The notes beneath the pieces were generated by a model, which saw nothing but the letters and a program-made list of their open reading frames with translations, searched no databases and was not told the DNA's origin. Shown here piece by piece: positions 25,901-37,520 of a stretch of DNA of 64,000 bases (position 1 is the stretch's first letter; each line of letters begins with the position of its first letter). Source of the stretch: Lingula anatina (Eukaryota; Animalia; Brachiopoda). Position numbers and translations under genes: made by a program. Where the stretch lies: positions 7,874,001 to 7,938,000 of the forward strand of contig CM120641.1 in the NCBI GenBank assembly GCA_051362555.1, given 5' to 3'.

Positions 25901-28900
25901 TCTCAGTAGGTATGTGTAATGCTGACCTTAGTTTTGATGATTTTTCCTAATAACAGGACCAAGACCAGCTACCACACCACCCGCAGCATTGAGATGGGAA
26001 ATGTCCATCAAAATGGGTTTATTAAAAAGGTAAGTCATTTTTTCCCTTTCTCTATTTTTTGTATCTTTTCAGAATTAAATAATGCTGGCCCGTAGCCAGG
26101 GGGGGTCGGGGGGTTTGAAAGAACCACCTTTTTTGCTGGAAAAGGTCCACTCTGGGTAAAATTTGATATATGTACTTGAGGATTTTATAGTAAAAGGTCC
26201 ACTTTTTCAGAAAACGAACCCCCCTTCTGAAATTGCTGGCTACGGGCCTGTAATGTCAGTCAGGATAAGGACAATTTTCAGGTCAAATGTTTTATTATTC
26301 ATTTAAATGTCATTGTCTATAAAAACATGAAAACTGAAACTAATTTTTGCAGGACAAAAGTAAAATGCCTGCTTTTCATATTAACTTTTAAAGGTAGCTT
26401 TCCATATTTAATGGAACTTGGGGTCACACCAAAAGTGACATATACAGTTTGCTAAAGAGAGTTTATGTGCAAAAGAAAACATTATTTTGATTAGTTTTTA
26501 CAAAATTATTGTAAATTTGGTGAAAATTAATCATTAGGCTAAAACAAAAATATTATGCCCAAAATGTAACATTATTCTATTTCTGCAGCTTGATACTCTT
26601 GAGAAGAAGGAAACCCATTTGCCCAATGTTGCTGTGTTTGAAAACCCAGGCTTTGGTAAGATGTGAATCAACATTTCATTTCTGATTCTAGATAGTGTTG
26701 TTTCTAATTTCACCTGTTGCATTTGCATATGCTTGTCCCTTTATTATTGCAAGTGTATTGTTTATTCTTTTTTCTGTCACTGTTACAAAAAATTCTAATT
26801 TATTCTTTTATTTAAAAATATGCAAGTAAAGCGAGATTTCCTAAAATATGACAAACAGCCAATATGAAACTAGTTTTCATGGATTCAATGAATGTATCAG
26901 TATTTTAGTTTGCTAACTTTGAGCCTAATTGATTAGTTGATTTTTTAAAGAATAATGTAATTAAGGAATTTCTTCCACCTATTCATTACAGAATATGATG
27001 AGCCTCAAGAAGTTGAAGAAGTGGTGATCAGTGAGGCAGAAAAAGAGGAATTTATGTGTCGCTTACTCAACTTGAAATCAAAGACTGACATATTTTTGGC
27101 CATGTTGAATGAGGCTAGAATCAAATACAGAAGCATTCAACATACTCATCCCAAAGTCCTGGTTTATAAGTAAGCACCTAATATTTTCAGTTCTCTAGGT
27201 CAGAAGCCTTGAGTTTTTTAATACATAGGACTCTGCATTACTTAACAAAAAGAATAACAAAGAATATTTTTGTTTAGAACTTTGATAGTGTTCAGCAAAT
27301 ATAAAATGAAAAATATCTTTAAATTGTTAATGTTCCAGAAAAATGAAAATGACAAGGTACATTGATACAGGCAGTGCATTAATCAGTTTTGGCAGGTTTT
27401 TTATTTCATGGCAGCCTTCTCCAAGATGGGTCTTTGTAATGTCAGTAACTGCTTACATTTCTATTAGCCATTGCCTGCCTCTGGTATAAAAATACAAACT
27501 GTCATATTTTCCTGATTATTTCAGAAATGTGATTCACCAGTTGTGTCGAGTGTTAACATTACTTAACAAACATGAACGTGATGTTATAATGCCTGCTGAT
27601 GGGCTATCACTTCTACAATGGGGAGACAAAACACTCAAACACTACCTGGCTATAAGAGGGGTAAGATTTTCTTTATTCGTACTTTCATCGTGAGGTCATA
27701 CTGTCAGCATTGTGTACCTATAGGTATTAATGTTGAATTTTGTTGTGGGCTTTGGTGTAACTTTAAACATATCTTGTTTCTCTTTTCTTGGGGGGAGAAC
27801 CCTGCCCAACAAGTGACCATGCTCAGATTCATTTCACATTTTATTAACTGCAAAAGGATTGGTTTTAATCACCCTCTGTAGGCTGACCCTTTCTGGATAA
27901 TATAAGGGGTTTTCTTACTATATATTTTGATGATATTTTTATGCAGTGCAGTGCAACCAGTTGTATTGTGTTCCCAGTAAGGCAAGATCATGTAGCATTT
28001 GATTACACATTTTAAAATACTTTGACTTGATTATGGACTGCAAATACTTTGTAATGAAAACAAAACCTCTTTGGTAAGTATTTATTTAGAGTAATTTTCT
28101 CTTATTTTAATGTTTTATCTTTTGTAACAGTGTTAGAAGAAAGAGAAAGCAATTTAAATTTACTTTTACTCCTTTGAAATATTAGGCTATGAATAACAAC
28201 ACCAAAGACAATGGAAAACAGCATCCAGATGACACCAGTGAACATGGTACAGTATTTACAACTTTTGGATACAGTGATGGGTACGTTTCAATTAAGTACA
28301 CCCTAAAATTATTTCTTGTGCATGCAATTTAATTTCTTGCCTGATTTCATTCTATATCAATCAGTTACAGAGCACTTACCTGTTTAAACTATTTCACGTT
28401 CTTCCTTGTTCTCATGGTTTTCCTTTTAAAGCACGTAACACTTAGTTCTCAATTCAACTATATTGAAATTTGAAGTTAATTGAAAGTGCATCATATAAAA
28501 CCTCTTTTATCTTTTGGTGCGATGATGCATTTTGTGTCAAGTTTCAGTTTTCTTGGTCTGAGTGGAGTTTTATTGCCATTTTCTCTTTCACTTTTCAGTT
28601 AGGTCAATTTGAGCACACAGGCATCACTGTATATGTGAAAAATAGTATTTACAATAATGAATTAAATTCCACATATTAATTACCCAGCATTTAAGTCATT
28701 ATGTAGTATGAGCTTTTCCTCTTAAACTATTTGTTATAAATGATTGTAAGCTGTTATAACTTCATGGAATCGTTACAATAGGGTGCGCATACCAGTTACT
28801 GAACTGTGGTAAGTGTTTAGGTGTCCCCAATAGGCCCTGCTTCAAGGTGGTGATGTTGTCACAGCATTTAATTTGCCCTTAATTGACTTTTTTTTTTACA

Positions 28901-29965
28901 ATGTGTAATGTGTTTTTTATGTAGCTCTCTTGAGACAGTAAAATATAAGCTATGTATTTTAAGTGATCCAACAACAAATCATCTTAATGGATATCAGATT
29001 TACAATATTTGTAAAGTATGTATTAAATACTTTTTGTGCGACATGGAACATCATTGACTGCTTGGAGGTATAGCAAATGAGGTGACGATGGAAAGAATGG
29101 ATTTTCAAAAAATTGATAGCAAATCTAGATTTTTTGGGGTTGGGACAGGCAAAATTAATGGTGGATAGGATGGCAGACAGATAAAATGGTTTTGATTGTT
29201 TTACAAAAGAATGATGAAGATGACAGATATTCAGAGTACTGGAATGAAAGTGTAATCATGCAGTCGTCAAAATATTCAGGGATGTGTGTTTATTTAATAG
29301 CTATTTATGGAAATATTGGGTCTTATTTCAATTTCCTACTCTGTGTTTGACACTGTCCTCTTAACTTACTATTTGAATTTGTATCTGTCATTAATATAGC
29401 ACCCTGAGTTTCAGAACACTGACAGTGACTTTCTATCCAGTGCTATCATCATTTTAATTCGTGTGATTGTCTTGGGCATAATAGTGGTAATGTAGACTCT
29501 GAAACTCAGGGTGCTTAGATGGTAGAACATTTCTAATTGTGAATATTGGTGGATGGTTGGTAGGTGAGACATGATCTTTAGTGATTATTTGGGTTATGGT
29601 TCAATTTTGTATTTGATTTATGTGTGGGAGAACATTAGCTCCTACATCATACTTTGTTTTGCTAACTTGACAATATAGTTTACTGTGTAATATAAAAGCA
29701 TTTTAGTAGTCAAGTCTTTTGTCTTGAATTTATGCAATATTATTATTACAGTATAATCTAATGAATATTAATTACTTGTAGGGATGAACTTAATAGAAAG
29801 CCTTTTGAAGTTACATCACTGTGCAATTTTGTCTTTTTCAGATCTCTGAACAAGCTGCATCTGTCCCTCTCCTCCAGGAACTCCCATGACTCTGATGAGA
29901 TGTCAGACTATTCAGGACAGTTTCCAATTAATCTGGAGGATACTACGTCTCCTATTGAAGTGTAG
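20867..29965 (+). CDS. Uncharacterised type I membrane protein (signal peptide, EGF/EB-like and furin-like Cys-rich ectodomain, one TM helix, ~220-aa cytoplasmic tail), 11 coding exons, ~382 aa
   Basis: Exons: 20867-20939, 21355-21468, 22067-22121, 23704-23810, 24629-24755, 25957-26029, 26589-26655, 26992-27169, 27525-27660, 28186-28280, 29842-29965. All GT-AG, phases match, total 1149 nt with no internal stop. N-term MGYPAELLSSSILLLFIFYNPTVIG; CNVKYDCGWNNECVSNQCQCIQNFQTASNGRDC; CGDARCIECDTNQTCRRCVDF...CIDSCP; TM LYLIIIIIVSVCVVLLLVLGFLFYW; ends SPIEV*. Missed by the ORF track because the exons are short. Confidence 0.85.
22901..22935. repeat. (AT)n microsatellite after an A-rich run
   Basis: Direct reading. 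Confidence 0.9.
26085..26250. mobile_element. 166-bp MITE with 15-bp TIRs and an apparent 5-bp TSD
   Basis: ctggcccgtagccag ... ctggctacgggcctg (one mismatch); TAATG on both sides; internal direct repeat aaaggtccact. Confidence 0.75.
29398..29515. mobile_element. Short MITE with 18-bp perfect TIR agcaccctgagtttcaga
   Basis: agcaccctgagtttcaga (29398-29415) and tctgaaactcagggtgct (29498-29515); same TIR core as 62079-62164. Confidence 0.65.
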
Positions 29966-32900
29966 CATTTCAAGCTGCTCTGGTTGATAAAGCTGGCCCA
30001 GGTCATTTTAGCACAAATTCTGCTGTAGCCAAATAATCAATTGTCACAGTATATCAGATCAGTGATAAAATGGTCAAAATTGATTAGATCACATTTCCCT
30101 TTGCCAAATGGATGGTTTTGTAGTTTATGAAAAAATAAAATAAGCTTTAAGCTCGTTGATATTAAACATGGATACCGTGCACTGGAGCTGGAGATACAAG
30201 CTGTGCAGGACACAGTTGTTTTTAAAATGCAATGAGCACTTTTTAGTACAAATCACAAAGAAGAACAACCTATTTTAATTTGTCATGCCTGTGTTGAATG
30301 TTTTTGCAGCTTGGTTAAACTTCAAAAGTATGATTCTTGATAGTTATTGGAAATAAAAACATCTTTTGTCTCAGTCATTAAAATGTGTAGATATGTAGAG
30401 AGTAGATCCCACTGTAAAAGTATTGCCAATGCCACTACAGGGTGACTTGGAGTTATGTACAGCTTGCATTCAGCCAGGTTGTTTGTAAGTGCATTTGTTT
30501 GTGAATCCAATACAAAGTGGGTTGCAGGATGCTATATGCATGGAAGTATATGGGTTTTTAAGTCCCCATGTGAAATACAGTGTTGTACATAAAAAAGAGT
30601 TTTACAAATTTTATTTTTTTAAATGTTTATAATCTTACCTTGAAAACGTGCAGAACGTTGTATTGTTCATAACTCTTGGGTCACTCTGTACATGCTGTAG
30701 ATGTGTGATTTTTCTTGATAGTAGCGGTATGAATCTCCTATTTAGTAGAGAATGGTTACAGGAAATATATTTTACAGATATATTGTTGAAGTTAGAAAAC
30801 ATTCCACTAGTATTTTATAACATGCTAGTAATTCTTTAGATTACTGAGCTGAAATTGCTTATATTGCTTAGTTTATTATCTGATAATTTCAGATTAAATA
30901 AAATAGGTTGTCAAAATGTAAACTTTTTATAAATGTTTGTCGCACAAATGTCTACTTTAATAACACCTTTGATATGAATGAGTCAACTTAGGGTATATTT
31001 TATAATCTTTTCTGCCTTGCAATATATATCAAATATTGTCACTGCAATGACACTAGTAATATGACATAGTCAACATGGGTATATTTTAAAATTATTCTTC
31101 TTTTATATTAAATAATATTTCTTCTTTGCAATATACAACGGTCTGAATGTGACTTTTTCAGCTTGCAATACAAGGCTGGTTATTTATTTTTGTTGTAAAT
31201 GTACAATTGAGTGCATATGTATTAGCCGCATGCCTTATATGCAGAACATTCCAAACTGTAAATTGAGGGAAACTGATGAAAATACTAAAATATTTTGCCT
31301 ACAATTTTAGTATTTTTTCCTGGCACTATGAGATTGTTTGACTTTTATTGTATCATTTGTTTTAAAGCATAAACTAAAATGTGGATATTTAACTATTGAG
31401 ATTATTTATAAATTCTACATTCAAGTGTTCATGTGGGCAGTGTGTTGATAAAAACAAAGGGCACGTGCACAAGCATAATGCAAATCTTTACACATTGCAT
31501 GAGTGAGTTTTTTTTAAACAGGTGAAAGTATTTTTGTTTTGAATTATTCAATTTATTGTAAAAAATGCAGTCTGTCTTATTTGAATACTTATATAATTTT
31601 AACATGGCAGTATGTCTAGCAGTTACTTTGTTGGTGATTTTAGGATTCTACTTTTACAATTGCAATCAAAATAAAATGGTAGTCATAAAGATTAGTTTTA
31701 TGATGAATGGACACTGAAGCACAAAGCACGAACTTTCAGCTATTAGCATGGAGATGACTGTGATAAATGAGTACCATATGGAATTATTTCCTTTTATCAT
31801 TTAACAAGCTACCATATGTGCTCAATAGATTACTGCCACCTGGAGTTGAAAACATTGGTTGTCTTTGCACTGATGAAGAAAAACTATAAACTATGTGAAT
31901 TAAAATAAATAATTAAAGTTGAAAGGTTTTTATTTGTTTTTATTTTTAGTTTTTGCCCTTTTTCCAAATAGAATGATGATAAGGTCATATACAATATTTT
32001 GACCAAAGATTATCAACCTTTAACCCTTACTACAGTATTATATTGCACTATATGTTTCAATGCATGGTCACTTCAAAAAAGGTCATTTAAATGGTCATCT
32101 ACAGGCCCAGTGCTTTACTGTCAAACCATTACTAATTGTCAGAGTGCCTGAAGAAATCCATTTCCCTGAATCTACAATACGTTTTTTGCAATTTCATAAA
32201 TTGGATCATACATGTGCATTGTACCCATAAAAACAGGGATGTAAGCATGTTCGCAGTGTATTGCAGGTGGAAAAATCATTAGGTTTCAAGATCAGATAAA
32301 CCCCAGAAACTCCAATCCAAGCCAATCACGTAAAAATTAACCTTTTCATTAAAGAGACGGTACATAGTATTTTGCGTGGAAAAATTACTAAAAAATTATT
32401 CTTCATTTTCTGACATTTTAAAGTACTTCTTATCTATCACCCTATTGACTTTACATAAAAGTATGTTTTTGAGACCTTTTTTTTCTTTACTTAACTTGGC
32501 AAAAACCATGTTAAAGGTTATGATTGAACCCCTTCTAATTTCACTTACTGTTGAAATTTACCACATTGGTCATGTCATCACTTAATTAATGACATATTGC
32601 ATGCCTTTGACATTAGAAGTTTATTTGACAGGGAAGTAGGCAGACTAAAGACAAAAATCCCTTGTTTTTATTACCTCTTTTCCTTAACTTTGCTTAAGCA
32701 AAGTCAGTGGTTACATGCACCCTTGCATTTTTACTTCCAGCTAAAATGTAAGTTTTCTATATTAGTCATGTCATTATCTAATGGCAAGCAGCATGTCCGA
32801 GACAACAGTGTTCTATTTTATGACAAGGAAGTAGATTGTAGATTAAAGACAACAAAAATCCCATGCACTATCCCTTAAAGTATACAAATTAGAAATAATT

Positions 32901-33001
32901 TCCTGGCACTCCTTGAACTGGAATGAACATCATTTGTCAAATCCTTCATGTAATTGAAAAAAAAATGAATTTGGTATGATACAAATGCAGCATTCAGTTG
33001 G

Positions 33002-33038
33002 TATATAAGGAGTAAGTCACGCAGTTACATGCATCAGT
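33002..33038 (+). promoter_or_regulatory. TATA box plus initiator of the secreted collagen-like gene
   Basis: tatataag at 33002-33009 and TCAGT at 33034-33038, ~30 nt apart, just upstream of the ATG at 33052. Confidence 0.65.
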
Positions 33039-33051
33039 GAGGGATGCAACA

Positions 33052-35078
33052 ATGAAGCTGGTCATTTTTATACTCATTTTGAGTGCTGTCCATGTAGGTG
33101 GGTCAAATGTGATGTGTAATTCCAGAAGTCCAGAATCTCCGCCATGCAGCCCCAGTGAGCCATGCCGTTGTGTTGTGTGGTATAGTCCCCTAACACGGGA
33201 CCAACAAGGAAAACCTTATATTAGACCACCGTTGACCGGCTGCTTTTGTGATCCTGAGGGAGCAGAAAAGCCTGTTTGGACATTCTTTAATAAACCAGTG
33301 GTGAGTAGTTATTTTATCACCTAGGGGTTGCTTTAATGAAGAAAGAGGAATGGGCGTGCACCCCAACCTCTGCCAGCTCTGTTCAAAAATACATTGTTAC
33401 AGTTCCAATCAAACACCTGTGAATCTACCCCAGCCCTATTAAAAGATCACCTGATTTTTGTCATATTAGATGGATTCCTTCAGGCCCCTTTCAAATCAAC
33501 TGGGTTCTACAGTCAAGCTTTTATTGCTCTTGATGCTAATTTTATGAGATAGGTAGTCAATGTTTGTTTGTTTTGAAACCTCTGAATTTACTGAACTTTG
33601 TCTTCTGTGTTCCTGGAATCTTGCTTACAAAAATCTTTTATGCAGTTTCTCCAATGTGAGAGGCTTTCCACAGTGGTGCAATACACTTGTCCTGCAATGG
33701 TCCAATTATACTATATGTTGTTACATTGTATAAGCATGTGAAAAGTACACCTGTATTATAAACTTTCATGACATCTTGACTGTTTTGACACTCCCTCACT
33801 ATGAGGAATCACAAGGGACACATTTTTCTTGGGGGAGTCAAAGTTCTTTGCCCTTTCTCATATTTAGTTGATAATTGCTAAGAAATTGATCAAGGCTTCA
33901 TTCACATGGAATGTCTATTTTCTAAAAATCTATTTTCTATTCGCGCTATCTTATGATCACGGTCTGTGCCCTGAATATCCCGCCGCGTAATTACTGGCAG
34001 CGCGAGCCAGTTACTTATAGTAACTTATAGTAACTGTCTCGCGCTGCCAGTAATTACGCCGCGGGATATTCAGGGCACAGACCGTGATCATAAGACATAC
34101 CGCGAATAGAAAATAGAATTTAGAAAATAGACATTGCATGTGAATGAAGCCCAAGACTGTAGTGGCAGTTGAAAGCTTACTGTTATTTAAACTGAAGTTT
34201 AATGCAATTCATAAATCTACCCAAATAGGTGAACCTACATCAGTTTATGAAATCATTTTCAAAATTCTTGAATAATCTATTGCTAACAAAACATTTTTTC
34301 CAAAGACAATCGTCAATTTTGTTTTTTTTTAGTGAGAAATTACTGTAAACTGTAATCACTGCAGTGATGCCAGAAATAATGAATATGGCTGCAGAACTGA
34401 TATCTAGGCCAGAATTCTTTAACTTTTTGGTCAACAATTTTTCCTTGATCATGTGCTGGCTATGGAGAGGACAGGCAGCAAGTATGCACTCACTTTTATT
34501 CAGAACTCAGAGATGTCATCCCAGAAACGTACAGATATATAAAAATTAAGACTTATCATAGCATTAAGAAGAGAGTTGCAGGCATTTTTTCATGAACAAT
34601 ATTCAAAGAGACAAAAAATATTATTTTTCAGGGATCTACGTATGGATCTTTAAATGAACAACCAGGACCTCCAGATACACAAAGTCAACATGGAACCCCA
34701 GGGTCAAGCAGGCAACCAGGACCCCCAGGATCACACAGGCAGCCAGGACCCCCAGGATCCCCAGGAACAAGCAGGCAACCAGGACCCCCAGGATCACACA
34801 GGCTACCAGGACCCCCAGGATCCCCAGGATCATACAAGCAACCAGGACCCCCAGGTTCACCTGAGCAACCAGGACCCCCAGGTTCACCTGAGCAACCAGG
34901 ACCCCCAGGATCACACAAGCAACCAGGACCCCCAGGTTCACATGAGCAACCCGGACCCCCAGCCTCATCTAAGCTGCCAGGACCCCCAGGTTCCAACAGT
35001 CCTCCAGGACCCCCAGGGTCAAACACACAACATCCACCAACATTTGGACCAAGAGGACCTCCAGGATCACAAGAATGA
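33052..35078 (+). CDS. Secreted Cys-rich plus interrupted collagen-like repeat protein, 2 exons, ~231 aa
   Basis: Exon 1 33052-33300 ([17 protein letters not shown] signal peptide; six Cys spaced C-x9-C-x5-CxC-x23-CxC; donor GTG|gtgagt, phase 0). Exon 2 34632-35078 after ttatttttcag, read in phase 0: [14 protein letters not shown]...(xQPGPPGSx)n...[14 protein letters not shown] and Inr upstream, AATAAA at 35238. Confidence 0.75.
33894..34151. mobile_element. Fold-back (palindromic) MITE, PIF/Harbinger-like, copy 1
   Basis: 258 bp, near-perfect inverted arms GGCTTC...GAAGCC around an (AGTAACTTAT)-type centre; 3-bp target-site duplication CAA; CpG-rich relative to the flanks. Confidence 0.85.
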
Positions 35079-35237
35079 CCGACCCCCCTGGACAGCGGGA
35101 TACCATATGACCTCACAAGGGCAACCAGGCCCCCAGCCTTATAGGGCAAATTAACCAAGGTCTCCAAAACCTCAGCATGTTTCATGGGTTAGGATATTCC
35201 AAAAATCCCAAACTTGAATAATGTATTGATTATTTAT

Positions 35238-35243
35238 AATAAA
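35238..35243 (+). terminator. Polyadenylation signal of the collagen-like gene
   Basis: AATAAA 160 nt after the stop, followed by T-rich sequence. Confidence 0.5.
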
Positions 35244-36173
35244 TATATCAAAACATTTTATCTTCTATTTATTTGTAAATAAGTCATTATTAAAAAAACA
35301 GTATCTTATAAATGGCTGTATTTGAATTTATCTATCAAAAAGATAAACTATTCAGGTTGCTTCACTAGCAATTGCAGAATTCAAAGGATGTGAAAACTTC
35401 AAAAATTGTTTTAACCATAACTTATATTTATTTGTATACATGTATAATAACATACAGTGAATGAGAGAAGAAGGAGACAAGTATTTAATTAGCATTCACA
35501 AAGTTCTCCTAAATGTATGTGAACCTTAAGGCACATAATTTCAGCAAAAACTAGTGTCATTATTTGCTGCTGAATATTAAATACCGCCAGTGATGCTGTC
35601 AACCATCAGCACTCTCACATCGCAGTTTGATATTGCATTTTAAAAATTGATTTAGGAAGATGTCACATTTCTGCAGGACAAATAGTCCACTTTTTACAGG
35701 TAATACTTGATTGTTAATGAAATGAAATATGTACAAATAAATACTGATGATAAGAAAGCGCACCAGCTTAGAGGACATAGGATAAAATAGGAAGCTATCA
35801 GAGGAATATCTGATTTTTACATTGTCATCAAATATGAGCTATAGGTAATATCACTGAATCATCAATATCACTGCATAAATAAAGTTGCTTAAAGTGAAGT
35901 TAAAATTGATTTTAACAAATTAATATCTCTTTCTGAGCATTCAATTTATGATCTTGAATTTTCAAAATCTTTTAAAAATAAATCTTTTATCAAAATGTCA
36001 ATCATAAATTATATTTGGAGTGCCAGATATCTCTGTGAAAATGGCTTATTAGCAAACAATACTCATGGGTGTTATTTTCTAGGACAAAAATATACAAACA
36101 TTTGAAAAAAAAGCTTAATGTAGTATGTTTTACTTGAGCCAAAAGAAAATATATCTGCTTTTTTCTATTTCAG

Positions 36174-36350
36174 ATAACATCAATCAATGTGGCATCACTT
36201 AAATGAATGCCAAACACCCTGAGTTTCCCAGATTTCTGGAAACACATGTATTATCAGCAAGCCTTTGCCATCTCCAGTCACTTTTGAATTAATGGATTTG
36301 ATTTACTTGGAAACCAAAGCATGTGGTATTTGGTTAAAGGCTTCTGGAAA
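36174..36350 (+). pseudogene. Possible decayed sushi/CCP-domain exon
   Basis: After acceptor ttttctatttcag: ECQTP*VSQISGN...PVTFE then frameshift to NGFDLLGNQSMWYLVKGFW, resembling the CCP pattern C..P...GN...VTF.C..GF.L.G....C...G.W (Tyr TAT is one change from Cys TGT). Confidence 0.25.
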
Positions 36351-36574
36351 CTGCAGAGGAATGATGATAATAGAAATGAATTTTCAGTATGTGTGCAACT
36401 CAGTGTGGTGCCAGATTATTCTAGAGGCAAGGAAGCACGTGAGAGAGGTCTTCACAAGGGCCCTTTCATAAAATATGCTACAGACCTAGGACCAAATATT
36501 GGGTCCTATAGTTCAGACCAAGCACTATGGACCTGCACATGCATAATAAGATTTAGCACTTTGATTGAAACCTA

Positions 36575-36831
36575 AGGTAATTACTTGATCTTTTCATGGG
36601 GAGAAAATTGTGTATTTAACAGACCCCGTGTTTTTTAAGTCATAATTTTTTTTTAATTAGAACTTTCTTATTGAGTGGTAGCAACAAAATTACAAAGCAG
36701 GTTTCTCTATAGTTCTATTCTGTGTAGTAAATGCACAACAAATGCTATATAGAAATATAATTTTTGTGATTATAAAATTGTTTCTGAAAAATTTAGTATT
36801 TTTTGCCCATTAAAAAGATCAAGTAATTACC
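36575..36831. mobile_element. Tc1/mariner(pogo)-type MITE
   Basis: TIRs ggtaattacttgatctttt / aaaagatcaagtaattacc (19 bp perfect, ~33 bp imperfect), flanked by TA on both sides. Confidence 0.75.
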
Positions 36832-37520
36832 GTATTACATACTCTCTCTTCCACTATCCTTTATGTGCTCCCTATTGTCACAGGAATGAACATAACACAT
36901 GTATCTCACCCCAAGCCTTGAAAGACCTGATATTGCACCACATTTTCTTTGGCAAACCAAAATAAAAATATCATAACCATAACAATTATAACAGTTAAGA
37001 AACAATTGCACCTAGCTCCGAGCACCTTCTTAAAAATCACAAACAAATATGAATATAATATGTAATTATGCAAAATTTGACACATGCAAAATAAAAGATA
37101 TCACTCATAAATTAAAATTTATGAAAGCACCATAACAAATCTCAAGTAATTGTGACCAAATGTGAAATTGTTAAAATGAGTTTAATTTTTTTTTAAATGT
37201 CATTCATGTAAATATTTTAAAAATCACACTGTGACCTAGTAGTTTTCAATAACATAAACTGTGACCTCATGGTTTTCAATTGTTTTATGTTATAAGAAAA
37301 ATTCACGTTTTACAATTGTATTAAATACACAAAATATTTTGAGACAATCTTGAAATCCTTCAAATAAATCCATTTTGTGCAAGAATAAGCACCTTCTGAT
37401 CATATTCTGATCATTTTAACATTTTTTGTTTGCACCATTACTTAACAATATACAGTTTCTGTTTAAATTCAGCACTTGTGTATAGTTTTAATGTAACATC
37501 CTGGATTTCTGCAGAGAATA

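Noticed and set aside
34650-35070. Regular short repeats with variable interspaces, superficially CRISPR-like
   Set aside because: The unit is a 27-nt coding repeat with very short related spacers, there are no cas genes, and the context is eukaryotic.
35076-35144. TGA-C stop context suggesting readthrough
   Set aside because: The in-frame continuation is not collagen-like; the collagen remnants lie in other frames.
34636-35185. Three extra ORFs over the 27-nt repeat (NQDPQDH, LGVLVAC and PGGPGC frames)
   Set aside because: They are by-products of a stop-poor repeat; only the GPP frame is in phase with the signal-peptide exon and its splice sites.
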